Origin: the human T2T-CHM13v2.0 reference genome, Homo sapiens
Reading direction: 5' to 3'
Assembly (NCBI GenBank): GCA_009914755.4
Contig: CP068257.2
Coordinates: 42,816,001 to 42,880,000, forward strand
DNA: 64,000 nt
The notes beneath the pieces were generated by a model that was not told the origin of the DNA, did no database searches, and was given only the letters and a program-made list of their open reading frames with translations. The position numbers and the translations under genes were made by a program. Numbering within the stretch: the stretch's first letter is position 1; each line of letters starts with the position of its first letter. This document shows, piece after piece, positions 1 to 12,864 of this stretch.

Positions 1-108
1 TCGCAGGGGCAGCGGGGTGGCCGCCGCGCCAGGCGTGGAGCTGGGTCTGGCGGGCTCCGAGAGGCCCGGGAGCGGCGCGCAGAGCAGCCTCCGGCCGCCG
101 CCGCGCAG
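1..108 (+). other. LRRC3: LRRC3 non-coding 5' exon (partial at window edge) ending at splice donor CAG|GTAAAG
   Basis: Consensus donor gcgCAG|gtaaag at 106-111. It pairs with the acceptor ccccag| at 1085/1086, 11 nt upstream of the ATG. No in-frame coding continuity exists across this region, so the exon is UTR only. Confidence 0.45.
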
Positions 109-700
109 GTAAAGCCCCCGCCCAGCCCTGGGAGCGTGGATTCCCACCCACCCCATGACCATCCCCCCGCCGCGAGTGCTGGGGTCTCGGGGGTCCCAGG
201 TTCCGGGGGTCCTAGGGCCGGAGGGTCTAAAGGCTGGAGGTCCTGGGGGTCCGAGCCTCTCCCGGCCGGCTCCGCGCGCGGCCCCGCCGTCCACGCCCAG
301 CGCGGGCCGCGCGCACAGGGCTTGGCTTCTCTGTTTTCTCGGTTTCCTTCTTCAGGCAGTTGAAAGAAAAGGCGCGGTTCTGTGCCCGGTGCGAGCCGCG
401 GCTCCTTTAGGGCTGGCAGGGAAGGGCTTGCTGGGTTATGACAGTTTTTAGGGGTTGTCGGAGTCAGCCAGGCGTTGGCTGCTGGAGTAGCCCCTGGCGC
501 GCGAGCGCCCGCTGGTGCCCGGCCACGTGCCCAGCTTGACCCGCGCTCCAGGTTCGGGAGAAGCTGCAGCCGTCACCGTCCTCCTGGCGTCCACCCTGAG
601 GAGGGAGGGGCTGGGTGGTCCAAGCCGCCGCCACTCCGCCGCCCGGCCTTTGGTCCCCAGCGGTGCTGTAGGTGGCCAGGGGTGGCCGCAGTGACCACCC
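1..700. promoter_or_regulatory. LRRC3: CpG-island-like GC-rich region spanning 5' exon and start of intron 1 of LRRC3 (promoter-proximal)
   Basis: Very high GC and CpG density through ~700, lying directly upstream of the LRRC3 CDS. Typical of a CpG-island promoter. Confidence 0.5.
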
Positions 701-1097
701 ACTGGGCCATGCGGAGCCCCCTGGCAGTGCCAGCTCCCTGCACTTGTGGGACGCTCCTCCCGGGCGCATTGGGAGTCTCCAGAAGTAAGTTACAGGCAGA
801 GCTGTTTAAGGAGGCGTGCTCCCCACCCCAGACCCTTCAGTGGGCCCTCAACACCCTCCCCACCAGTGGACGCGTTTCCCAGGTGACCGCAGCCGGCAGT
901 GCTGACCACCCTCCCTCCCTCTCCGCTCCCTCCTGCGTCTTCCCTTTCAGAGCTGCCAGAGTGGACTGCACTGCTTCTCCCAGCGGGGCAGGATGGCGGT
1001 TTCATGTCTGGTTGGATAAGGCCTTGCCTGCGGAAACCAGCTCCATCCCCAGGCCCTAGCAGAGGCTCGCGTGTCCCCGTCCCCAGGTCAGGTCAGG

Positions 1098-1871
1098 ATG
1101 GGCACCGTGCGCCCACCTCGCCCCTCGCTCCTGCTGGTCTCCACCCGGGAGTCTTGTCTCTTCCTCCTCTTCTGCCTGCACCTGGGCGCCGCCTGCCCAC
1201 AGCCCTGCCGGTGCCCTGACCACGCAGGGGCTGTGGCTGTCTTCTGCAGCTTGCGGGGCCTTCAGGAGGTCCCCGAGGACATCCCGGCCAACACCGTGCT
1301 CCTGAAGCTCGATGCCAACAAGATCTCCCACCTCCCGGACGGGGCCTTCCAGCACCTGCACCGGCTCAGGGAGCTGGATCTGTCTCACAACGCCATCGAG
1401 GCCATCGGCTCCGCCACCTTCGCGGGCCTGGCCGGGGGCCTGCGGCTGCTGGACCTGTCTTACAACCGCATCCAGAGGATCCCCAAGGACGCCCTGGGCA
1501 AACTCAGCGCCAAGATACGCCTGTCCCACAACCCCCTGCACTGCGAGTGCGCCCTGCAGGAGGCCCTGTGGGAGCTGAAGCTGGACCCCGACTCTGTGGA
1601 CGAGATCGCCTGCCACACCTCAGTGCAGGAGGAGTTTGTGGGGAAGCCTCTGGTTCAGGCTCTGGATGCGGGTGCCAGCCTCTGCAGCGTCCCCCACAGG
1701 ACCACAGACGTGGCCATGCTGGTCACCATGTTCGGCTGGTTCGCCATGGTGATCGCCTACGTCGTGTACTATGTGCGCCACAACCAGGAGGATGCCCGGA
1801 GGCACCTGGAGTACCTGAAGTCTCTGCCCAGCGCCCCCGCCTCCAAGGACCCCATCGGCCCGGGGCCCTAG
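1098..1871 (+). CDS. LRRC3: Leucine-rich repeat-containing protein 3 (257 aa): signal peptide, LRRNT (CPQPCRCP), 3 LRRs, LRRCT (NPLHCEC), single TM helix, short cytoplasmic tail
   Basis: The ORF track entry 1071-1871 contains MGTVRPPRPSLLL...; the ATG lies at 1098-1100, just after the acceptor. The 257-aa product matches my recollection of human LRRC3 (length and characteristic LKLDANKISHLPDGAF / LDLSHNAIEAI / LDLSYNRIQRI repeats, plus the TM segment VAMLVTMFGWFAMVIAYVVYYV). TGA stop at 1869-1871. Confidence 0.9.
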   Translation: MGTVRPPRPSLLLVSTRESCLFLLFCLHLGAACPQPCRCPDHAGAVAVFCSLRGLQEVPEDIPANTVLLKLDANKISHLPDGAFQHLHRLRELDLSHNAIEAIGSATFAGLAGGLRLLDLSYNRIQRIPKDALGKLSAKIRLSHNPLHCECALQEALWELKLDPDSVDEIACHTSVQEEFVGKPLVQALDAGASLCSVPHRTTDVAMLVTMFGWFAMVIAYVVYYVRHNQEDARRHLEYLKSLPSAPASKDPIGPGP

Positions 1872-2656
1872 CGCCTGTTCCGGCAGACCCCCGCCGGTGG
1901 CTGCTGTCACTTTTGTAGTAGGTGGTGACTGATGCTGCTTTTGCTCTTCCCTGAGGCAGGTGTCACAGCCATGTGTGCTCCCCACTGTTGCACTCAGGCA
2001 CAGCAGCACCTCCAGGCTGGGTGGTTTTGCCACACATCCGTGTGACGGATGAGGAACCTGAAGCTTAGAGGAACGGAATGACTGCCCGTGACGATACCAT
2101 CAGGAAATTATCCCAGTGGAACTTCAACCCGGGCTGTCCATCGTGACATTCCGCCTCCTTCCACCATGCCAGCCTCTCCCACACGGGGCCCTGCAGGCTG
2201 TGGATATGCACTCAGAGGACTAAGGGGGTGCTCTGCAAGCGAGAGGGTTCACCAGAGGGAGCTTGGGTGCAGGTTCACCCGCTGAAGGCGCTGATAAGTC
2301 CTGTGCTGAGGAGCTGACTTGCCCTTGTTTACTTACAAAGTGCATTGTAGGTAAACATGAGCCTTGTTCCAGTGTTCGAAGTACATTGGAACGTAAGCCC
2401 TGTTTCCAGAGCAAAGTAACAGAGACCAGGTTTTTCTAGAGAGCTAAGTGGGATGTGTAGCTCAAACAAACTGTCCTACCCTTTTTTATTCTCAAATGTT
2501 TGTTTTGAGTAACCGTAGTGCCAAAATTTCAGTTCAGTAATGGGGTGAACAATATGGAGAGAGACCTGGGAAAAGTCCAGGGTAGCTTGCCCAGGGGAAG
2601 ACAGCAGCCACATACCTGGGGGCCCGCCTGCTTCCTGCCCCTCTGGGTGTGCCTGA

Positions 2657-2947
<291 letters not shown>

Positions 2948-5189
2948 TAAAACAGCTCTTTTTCCAAGGCCCGGAGTACTGGGGATTGATGTTTCAAGGC
3001 CAATCAATGGGATGCTTCGTTTTCTCCAGCAACAGGAACTCTCTCTTTTCACCTTTGCTGCCAGGAATCTCAGAGATAATTTAGTGCTCAATTTACTAAC
3101 CTTACTTCACATTCAGGTTAGATGTTACCTCCACCTATATGATAGTAATTCCTAATTTTATTTTTTATTGTCCTTTTTATGAGTGTTTATATTTTAAAGT
3201 ACTTTGAGTATTTTTGGGGGGGGTGTAAATGAGTGATCAGTGTACATTGTGTGTGGACTGAAGTGTAGGTATGTAGAGATGCTTCGCCAAACAGATGCTT
3301 AAAAATGAATGGAAGTTGAGGGTGGTTTCTCTTTGGAAAGTATCAGGTGACTTGGAAGGTGAGAGCCTGTCCAGGGTGTGTGCACTGGTTCTGAGGTACC
3401 CCGTGTGTGCAGTGTGAGTCACGGGGGTGTCTGTGTTGTGAGGTGCTTGGTAGGCTTTGCTCTGCCCACAGTGCAGACGCGGGGTGGGTGAGGGGCCAGG
3501 CCCAGTGTATGAGTGGAGGCAGCCCCAGGCTCCGCCTGCTTCCCTCACGCCACGCTGCCTGAGTGTCGCCATGCTCGGAGGACAGAGACCTCCACGGAAA
3601 CTGGCAGCGCCACTCACCCTTCCAGTGAGAGCTAGAACCAAGTGCCAGCCCCCGGGGGTGCACCCGTGCTGGTGTGGGGCCACGTGGTCCTTGTGGTCCA
3701 GGCAGGGCCAGCATGTGGCGGGGTGTCCAGCTCCACTGTTTGGAGGAAGTGGGCGCTGACACAGCAGAGTGCCCTGGGCCCGTGGGGATTTCCTTCCAGA
3801 GGACACGTGGCTGAAAGCATAGGATAAGGATGTATAGGTGAATGACTGGTGCCATCCCTGGCTGTCTGATAGATGCAGGTAGGGCAGGTGAACTGTTGCT
3901 GGCCTGGCCAGCAGGCCTAGGGTCACATGGTGATTGGCGTCCTCCTGCCACCCCTTCTCCATGCCAGGGTGCCTGTGGTGGGTTTGCCCAGCACGCATGA
4001 CCCCAGGTCCCAAGGAGAGTGTGAACTGAGGCCTGGGTGGTGAAGGCAGGGCCTCTCCTCAGCCCTGTGTCCTGTGGGTGCCAGCCAGTCCCATCTCGCA
4101 TTTTGGGGTGCCCTTTCCCTGCTGCCAGGGGACTCTTCATTTGTCCTTACCCTAGAATCAGCCCAGACACTGGACATCACCCAGACGTGGCCCTTCAGGA
4201 GGTGCACAGGGCAGGGGCAGGCCCGTCCCTCCCTGCCCCAATTTGCTGGGCTGCCTCAGCCCAGGGTCTGGCCTTCTCCTTGGTGAAGGTCTGCTGGGCC
4301 CCTGTCCACCTCCTGCTGGGAGGAGGAGATGGGGAGAGGACCAGGAGGACACCGGAGGCCCTGTCCCCTGCACTGTGAGCTCAGTCAGGTCCATGAGCTG
4401 CCCACCGTCCTGGCCTTACTGTGCCCCCTGCCCCACCAACATAGGTGAAAGCACCTCCCCTCTAAGGAAGACCATAGAGACCCCAACACTGTGGGACCCC
4501 AAAGCTCCTTCATGCTCACTGGAGCTCCCACCGTGGGTGCTTGCAAGTCCTCAGCGCTCCCGGGGTACAGCCCTCCCCTTCCTGCCCTCTAATGTCCTCC
4601 CCTCCCTTGCCCTTCCCTCCACTTCCTTTCTCTGCCGTCCCCTCCTCTCCCATCTTGTGACCTCTTTACTGGCGGGGCCTGGAGCCCATGATGGACACTT
4701 GCGGAAGGAGGGGTGGCGGAGCACCCCTGAGATGACATCGCTGCCTGCCCCAGAGCACCCCGCCTCTCCCTGTGACTCAGTTCTTTGCAGCCCAGATGTG
4801 AGCATGTGCACCCTGGGACCTGCTGCCCGTTGGGATGCCCAGGCCAAATCAGCCCCTCTGCCTCCATGCTGCACTGATTGCAAGAGTTTCCCACATCTGC
4901 AGAGGCCGTGGGCTCAGCCCCACACCAGCCAGGCCACCAGTGTTGATAGCGGTGAGGCGGGGACAAAGGGAATGTCTCAGTTCACAGTGTGGACATGGTG
5001 GAGGTCTCGGCCTTGCGAGACAAGGCAGGGGGAGGGGATAGGAAATTGGGGGTATTCTGTGACTCCTGGGCCACCGGGGAGCCAGAATCTTCCAGCCAGA
5101 CTGGATGGGCAGGGCTTAGCTTCCTGATGCCGCCCATTCACCACTTTCACCCCGGGAACCTACCTGGGCATCATGGGAGGCAGAGCCTG

Positions 5190-5445
5190 AACCCCAACCC
5201 AACCCTAACTCTAATGCTAACCCCTAAACCATCCCCCACCCTAACCCAATCCTCGCCCTAACCCTAATGCTAACCCCTGACCCGACCCAATCCTAACCCT
5301 GATGCTAACCCCTGACTCAACTCTCACCCTAACCCTGATGCTAACCCCTGACCCAATCCTCACCCTAACCCTGATACTAACCCTTAACCTAACCCAACCC
5401 AGCCCTAACTCCAACTCTAAAGCTAACTCCTAACCCTAGGAGAGG
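5190..5445. repeat. Degenerate interstitial telomere-like array (CCCTAA/CCCTGA variants) with ~35-bp higher-order unit
   Basis: ccctaaccctaa... followed by about five copies of cctaaccctgatgctaacccctgacccaatcct(c)a. Confidence 0.8.
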
Positions 5446-7985
5446 AGCCCAGGCCGGGCCCTCTCCCTGCTGGTTTCCTGTTGGGCTTTGGAGCCCCAGA
5501 TGCCTGCCCAGAGGCTTCCTTGTGCGGGGTGGGGTCCAGCAGTGGGGGATGGGCCCAGAGCTGGTATAGCCACCAGCAGAGCCATCCTGATCCACAGGAC
5601 CATCCCTGGTGGGGTGGGGCCCCCTGGGGCAGGAAGGCCACTGAGGCCAGGGAGACTCCCAGGCCCACTCACGGCGCAGGCCCCACAGGAGCTGGCTGGA
5701 GGCTATGGGTGCGGGGCGTGGGCCTGCCGGGGGTTGCGTGACAGGCAGTGGGGAGTGGGTTGTGCTGGCAGCTGTGGGTGAGTGAGGAGGCTCCTCTCAT
5801 GAAGGGCCCTGGGGAAGTGGAATCTGGCCCTGAGAGACCCCCGGCCTCCTCTGCAGGGGCTGCTGGCAGGAGGGGAACCGGGGACCACCTCCCGCCACAG
5901 AGCCTGGGGCCCCCAGCCTTGCCTACAGGGAGGGTAGATGAGAGTGTAAACTGCATATGAGGTTGGGCTAAACCTGGACATGTGTTTCATAACCAAAGCA
6001 GCCAGGAATCTCCGGCTCTGCCCAGTGATCATCTGGGCAGGACATGGGGACGAGTGTCCAGGCTGAAGTCAGGGCCCGGCCAGCAGAGGGCCATTTTGTA
6101 TTGAGCTCCACAGCTGGTCACATTCTGTGGAATGTGCAGACGTGCACGGCCCATCAGACAGGGTCTGGAGTGGGGCTGCCGTCTTGGGCAGCTCCTCCCG
6201 GGTGTCTGCAAAATGCAGAGGTCACCAGAGCCAAGGCAGCAAGGCAAGGAGCCCGGCTTCTAAGGAACTCTGAGCAGGTGTGGTCCATGGCTGGGAGGCA
6301 GCTGGCCCCACAGCACATAGCACGGAGGGCGGCGCGGAGTCCTGGACGCTCTTGGCAGGTCCCCTCATGGAGGATGTGGGGGATTGGCTTAGGCCTGGTC
6401 TGGCTGGCCTTCCTGGACCGCAGTGGCCAGGAGCTGAAAACCGTGACCCCAGTCTCCCTGCAGCTGTTCTTGATGGGATTTCTGTTCGCCAGTCAGATGC
6501 ATTTGCACAGGACTTGGATCCTGAACTGTGTAACCTGGAGAGGCAGGTGTGAGCGGGCCATGCTGCTGGCCCAGCCTGTGCCGGTGTCTGTTTCTGTTGT
6601 CTCTCGGCCCTTCTGTGAGCCCTCAGTAAAGCTCTTCGTGCTTCAGTCAGCAAGTGTGGATTCTGTCGTCGGCAACTCTGCGGCCCAAACCCCGAGCCTC
6701 CCCCTCCCCCAGACCTTGCAGTGCCATGGAGCTGAGGGACCTGTGGATCCACAGCTGTGGCCCCGGAAGGGCTGCAGGAGCTGAACCTGCGTGAGCCCCG
6801 CAGAGGGTGCAGAGCCGGCTTGTGCAGGCTCCCAGCAGGCTCATGACAGCGCGGATGGTTAAATGTAGCTCCTGACAGCCAACTGTTAAGGTTTCAGGCA
6901 TTTTTGCACCAGGTGACATGATGGTAGCCTGAACGTGACCTTGGCAGCAGTCTCTACATCAAGGAAACTGGCAAATGTCAACATGCTGGGTACCCTCGCT
7001 CCTGCCGCCGCAGGCTGTCAGTGTCTTCCAGCCCACACTGCGGGGGGCCTTGTTGTGTGGCTGCCTCCCAGGCTGGGGCGAGGGTCTCCAGAGACCACCA
7101 TCGTGCAGGCTCTTGGTCAATAGCAGGGTGTGGTGCTCCTGCCAGGGGACGCATTCTCCGTGTGACCTCTACACCCCAGGTCAGGTCAGGATGTGATTTG
7201 CTTCTCCAGGGCCGTGACTCACTAGATCCACCTCCCACTGGTGCCTGGTGGCCCCCGACAGCCCTGGCCCTGTCCAGGCCCTGGCCTGTCCTACAGTCAC
7301 AGGTGCTGGCCTGTCCCTGCTGTCCTCCTGACCACCTGGTGCTCCCGGCCACCCTGCCCGCCCCCCTGTCTCCTCGGGACAGCCTGGCTGCCTCCACTTG
7401 CTGGCCCCTGCCGGCCCACCCTCTTTCCAAGCCTGCCCTGCCCCTCAGCTCCTGGGGTGGGGAGGGGAGACCTCGCCTTCTGCCTGCAGCGACTCCCACC
7501 TGTCACGGAGCCCCCCTGCAGCACCACCAGGCCCTGCCCTTTCCCAAGCAGAGGGATGGGACAGCCGTGCAGATCTCAGGTCCCGCCCCTAGGGAAGGGC
7601 CTCGCTGCAGAAGCCAGGCTGCTCACCTTGGAGTGTGGGGAACCAGCGCCCCTTTCAGCACCCGGTGGTGTCTCTCTGTGGGAAGGGAGCGGTTTTATCC
7701 AAGCAGGACACTGTTTTCTGTAGTTTTACCTTCTTTCAAGAAATGTCGTATATGAGACCTCCGTTGAGTGTGGCAGCTGTTCATTGATATTCCATTGGAT
7801 GCACTAGTGTGTCCTAGTCCCCACGATCAATGTGTAAATCGTAACATCCAATCATAGCGAGTTTCACACACACAGGAATAAATAAATGGAGAGTGCTGTA
7901 CCGGGCTCCATTCGCCTCCTCCTGCCGTGATGCAAGCCTGCTCTACCTGGCTTCCCATCCTCACACCCGCCTACGTTCTCCCTCC

Positions 7986-8042
7986 AAATGAGTAAAAGCA
8001 AATCCCAGACCTCAAAAACAAAAACAAAACAAAACAAAACCT
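7986..8042. repeat. (CAAAA)n / (CAAAAC)n simple repeat
   Basis: caaaaacaaaaacaaaacaaaacaaaacc. Confidence 0.7.
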
Positions 8043-9829
8043 ATCTGTAAATATCAGCAGGAGCTGTTCACACATAGGGCCTCTTTTTTGTCTTAAATAT
8101 ATAACCGCAAAACCACCATCCACCTGAAAATGACATTCCAGCAGTTCCTGAGTCTTCCTCGCTCGGTGCTCACATCTCCCTGACGGTCTCATCGTATTTT
8201 CCGGGCTTGCTGGAATCAGAGTCTCCCCAGCGCTCCGCCGAGGCCGCTGGCCAAGGCCTCTTAGGTCTATTAGCTTATGGGCCCCGTTTGTCTGCTGTCG
8301 GCTCCCCTCGCGGTGGTTCTGCTGAAGCAGCCTGGCTGCCGGCCCGGGGACACCCTGCCTGGATTCCGCGGCGCCCCCACGCGCCTCTGTGAATGCGTGG
8401 GCTCGCTGGATTTCCCGCAGGGCTTGCTGGCCACGCTCTCCCGTCAGCTGTGTGTCTTCCGTTGCCTCCCGGGGACGTTTGTAGCTGCTGTTCATTCGCA
8501 GGGTGATTGAGCAGGATCCGCTGGGCCATGAGCCCTCTTCACTTGTTAGCTAGAATCTTCCAGGAAGCGCATCGGTGCCTCCTTCCCTGTGCCTGGTTCC
8601 TGCGGGACGGCGGGAGGGTCACTGGCCACGCTCCTTGATTCACCGAGTGCAGGGTGAAGAGCTGCCTCCTCTAACAGTGACAGTCATGTTGTAAGCATCA
8701 TTTTGCGTGGCTCTAAACACATTTGGTGGCCTTACTTTCCCTAATGCAGCCACAGCATCCTGTCTGTGACCAGAGGCACCTCCGCATCTGCTCTGTCTTT
8801 ATGACCAGCCCTCGTTGTCCTTGCAGCTTCGTGGCTCTTGGGTGGGACAAGGGGTCCTTGTCTTGTCCCCTCCTGCCCTGGCCCTGGGGAGCCCTGATTT
8901 CTTTGGGGAGGAGAGGCATCCACAGCCTGGACTTGACAGGTGCTCGCCGTGAGCCAGCCCTGCCTCTCAGGCCTGCCTGGTCTGTCTCCTCGAAAGGTCA
9001 AACAGCCCGTGGGCTCCCATGGATGCTTCCTGTGGCCCAGGGCTAAGGTGCCATCCTCCCACCCTCGCCTGGCCCTCGGTGGCATCTCCACCTCACCTCG
9101 GCTCCAAGCACCCCAGAGGCAGAGGGTTCCGCCTTCATTTCACCTCCCTCTTCAAGGCCATCCCCGTGGTGGGCAGAATCGCAGCCCCCAGAGATGTCCC
9201 TATCCTCATCCTGGCAGCCTGTGAAGATGTTACTTTATGTGGCAGAAGGGACTTTGCAGGTGGGATTAAATCCAGGACCCAGAGATGGGCGATGTCCTCA
9301 CAGGGTCCTAGTAAGTGGGGGGCGGGAGCTGTGAGCACAGGGGGTCGGGGTGCTGTGCGGCTGCCTTGGAGGTGGAGGGGGGCACCCTGAGCCACGCATG
9401 GGAAAGGCAGGAAACAGGTTCTCTCCTGGAGCCTCCAGAGGGAACCAGCCCTGGCAGTACCTTGATTGTAGCCCCGTGAGACCCGTGTCCAACCTCTGAC
9501 CTCCAGAATTCTAAAATAGATGGCGTCGGTCAAACCCCAAGTTTTTGGCAATTTGTTTCAGCAGCCACAGGACACCAGCCACCTCCCCACAGTGAGAGCT
9601 GCCCACGTGGGCAGAGCCGATGGCCCTCGTGCTCTGGGCACCCTGGGCACCGTCCCCAGGGCTCAGTTCTGGGGGTGAGTGTGTCTTTAATGCCATGGCC
9701 TAGTGACCACAGGGAGCTCACATTGCCTCTGTCAGCCTCTCCTGCTTCCCTGCAGGACAGGAGTGTCCCTCCCAGATGGGACAGGGGCTGTGGTGTGGGG
9801 TGGCTCAATGCTGCTGGCCACCTGGATCC

Positions 9830-10700
9830 TCACACACACTCGGGCGCACACACAGGCACACACACACACTCTCACTCTCCCTGTACACACACACACACAT
9901 GCTTACTCTCCCTGTACACACACACACACACGCTCACTCTCCCTGTACACACACATTCTCCCTGTACACACACACTCTCCCTGTACACACACACACATGC
10001 TCACTCTCCCTGTACACACACACTCTCCCTGTACACACACACACATGCTCACTCTCCCTGTACACACACATTCTCCCTGTACACACACACTCTCCCTGTA
10101 CACACACACACATGCTCACTCTCTCTGTACACACACGCGCATGCTCACTCTCCTTGTACACACACTCCCTGTACACACACTCCCTGTACACACACACACG
10201 CTCACTCTCCCTGTACACACACATTCTCCCTGTACACACACACTCTCCCTGTACACACACACACATGCTCACTCTCCCTGTACACACACACACTCTCCCT
10301 GTACACACACACACATGCTCACTCTCCCTGTACACACACATTCTCCCTGTACACACACACTCTCCCTGTACACACACACACATGCTCACTCTCCCTGTAC
10401 ACACACGTGCATGCTCACTCTCCTTGTGCACACACTCCCTGTACACACACACACACGCTCACTCTCCCTGTACACACACATTCTCCCTGTACACACACAC
10501 TCTCCCTGTACACACACACACATGCTCACTCTCCCTGTAACACACACACACTCTCCCTGTACACACACACACGCTCACTCTCCCTGTACACACACACGCT
10601 CACTCTTCCTGTACACACACACACACGCTCACTCTCCCTGTACACACACACACTTGATCTCACTGCACACACACACCAGCACACACGCTCACACACATTG
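9830..10700. repeat. Complex minisatellite (~25 units of 17-33 bp: [catgctcact]ctccctgtacacacacaca) embedded in CA-rich sequence
   Basis: Direct reading: alternating short (ctccctgtacacacac) and long (acacacatgctcactctccctgtacacacac) units. The >350-codon ORFs here encode HTHT... and are artefacts. Confidence 0.85.
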
Positions 10701-12089
10701 TCTTACACACCTGAGCTGGGGACCGATGAGACTGACCGATGAGAGTTCAGTGACAGCAAAATCCTGCAGCCTCGTGACAGGGCTCAGGGAGGGCTGCCTG
10801 CCTGGGAGGGGACAGCAGCCATGGCCTCACGTGGCCAAGGTTGCTAGAGAGGGGGCCTCAGGTCATCCTCACATGGGCCTGGTTTGCTGGTCGTATTTCT
10901 ATTTTCAGATGAGAAACTTGAGACTGAGGTCCAGAGGGGAGAAAGGACGCACTCAGGACAGGGCTTGTTTGGGGCACAGCTGGGCTGGAGTCGGGGTCTC
11001 TGACACCCAGCCCTGGAGACCCTCTCTCGGCAACCTGGGCCATGGCAGTTGTCAAAACAAATCGGCAAGTCCTTGATGGAGCCCCAGAAGGGAGAGTGGC
11101 CAGTGCCACGGTGAGCAGTGCCCAGGGCCACGCTGGCTAGGAGCGGGGCTGCCTATGCTGGGAGCCCTGTGCACTGGGCTCTGCACCCGTAGCCATGGCA
11201 ACGATGCTGGCTGGAGATGGAGTGGACGCTCAGGTGCCGCTGGATGATGCCGGCCACCTGCAGTTTTGGGGCCCAGCTGGAGGTCAGCAGGGTGGACTCA
11301 CAACCCCCTGAGTTCAGGTACAGGGAGCTGTGGAGACAGGCCCACCCAGGCTGACCTTCCCCAGAGCCTTGCTGTCACGGAGAGGAGGGGGCGTTGGAGG
11401 AAGGGCCACAAATGCAGGAGAGGGGGCAATGGCCTGGGACAAGATGGAGAACAGCCACCCGTTCCCCAGTACAGCCAGGTCAGGACACGGATCCCAGCAA
11501 GCCCTTTGGATGGGGAGACTGAGGTACAGCTGATGACTCACCCTAGGTGATACCAGCTGTGAGAGCCGGAGTGGGGATGCAGACAGGGAGGGTGGCCAGT
11601 GGCCACCTGCGAGGACTCAGCAGCCAGGGCGATGACGCCAGAGAGTCAAGGCGTGAGAACCCCCGAGAAGAAGAGTGAGTGTCATTCACCTAACGACGCG
11701 GTGACTGCACATTTGCCCAAGTTGTAACTGTGGCAGGTGCAGCGCGCAGACCAGGCAGGAGATGGAGAGACGTCCAGGGGGAGGTCTCGCTGTGTCAAGG
11801 TGCTCAGCTCCAGGTGCCAGCCGGCCCGAGACAAAAGTGGACCAGCCTTGACGCCCTGGTCTGCCGCCTCCCTCCATTGCCTGCCTCCCCGGCTGCATAC
11901 ACGTTCAGATTTTAGGCGATCAGTGGTGGACCCTACAGGCCTCTGTGGGCAGTGGTCACCTCGCTCTGCGCTTACCCCAGGGGCTCGCGGCTTCAAAGGG
12001 TCTGGGTGCCAGGTGGGCCCCAGAACAGCTCCCGATGTGACCCCTACCCAGGCTGCACCAGGGAGCCCCCTCCGTGCACACAGGTGCGC

Positions 12090-12185
12090 TGGAGGTAGCC
12101 TCCTGGGATGGGCCAGGTGAGCTGGAGGTAGCCTCCTGGGACCGGCCAGGTGACCTGGAGGTAGCCTCCTGGGATGGGCGCCCTG
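12090..12185. repeat. 3 x 30-bp tandem repeat (ggaggtagcctcctgggatgggccaggtga)
   Basis: Three near-identical consecutive units. Confidence 0.6.
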
Positions 12186-12820
12186 TCTCCTGTCCTCACA
12201 CTCAGCTTGGCAGCATGCTGGGGAAGCTGCCCTCTCGACCCTCCTGGGCACAGCTTGCACTTCTGAGCCCCAGCCAAGGCGAGTAGGCGGGCGCAGGTGA
12301 CGGGCTCAGGGTGCTGCCCGAGAGCAGCTCTGCTCCCGGTCAGCGGGACCCAGGTCTCCGCAGGCTCCGGGTGCCTCTGATGTCCCTGTAGCCACTGGCA
12401 GGGGTGACGAGATCCAAGGCTCCGGGTGGAAACGCCAACCTCCGATCCTTGCCCTGGGCCTCAGCCGAGAAGTCACGTGGACCCAGAGCCTGTGGAAATC
12501 ACGATGATTGGGCCGTGAAGACAGAGGGTTCCTGAGCAAGTCATTCGAATCAGCATCACCAGAAAGCGGATGCCTCATCAGTCTTCAGGTGTTTAGCAGC
12601 CCAGGGACAAGGACTGGGAAGGGACACTTCTGTCCAGAGTCTAGCCCCGGACTCAGGGCTCGGCTGCTGCTGTTGCATTCCCTTGGTACCTCGTGGGTAT
12701 CACTTAGGATTTAAGCCTGTTTTTCACCAGTTGGGTCTCTTTCATGCCTGGGTGTAGCCACTGGAGTGAACCCAGCCCTTGGTGTGCCGTAGCTTCAGCA
12801 TTTGTGCTGGTATTTCAGAT

Positions 12821-12828
<8 letters not shown>

Positions 12829-12859
<31 letters not shown>

Positions 12860-12863
12860 TTTT
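12829..12863. repeat. (ATTT)n microsatellite
   Basis: tttatttatttatttattt... about 9 units, forming the A-rich tail side of the adjacent antisense Alu fragment. Confidence 0.8.
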
Positions 12864-12864
12864 T

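Noticed and set aside
1312-2033. Alternative-frame and antisense ORFs overlapping the LRRC3 CDS (1312-1578, 1547-1918, 1056-1616 minus, 1620-2033 minus)
   Set aside because: The frame carrying the LRR/TM architecture is unambiguous. The others are GC-bias shadows.
4243-7755. Several 170-294-aa ORFs (4243-5127, 6044-6784, 6222-6752 minus, 7021-7755) in GC-rich sequence downstream of the LRRC3 CDS
   Set aside because: No recognisable domains, proline/arginine/glycine-biased composition typical of GC-rich noncoding DNA, and both strands open at once. The region is probable LRRC3 3'UTR and intergenic sequence.
9675-11076. 355- and 457-aa plus-strand ORFs rich in HTHT/LSLYTHT
   Set aside because: Translation of the CA-rich complex minisatellite. 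Low-complexity artefact.
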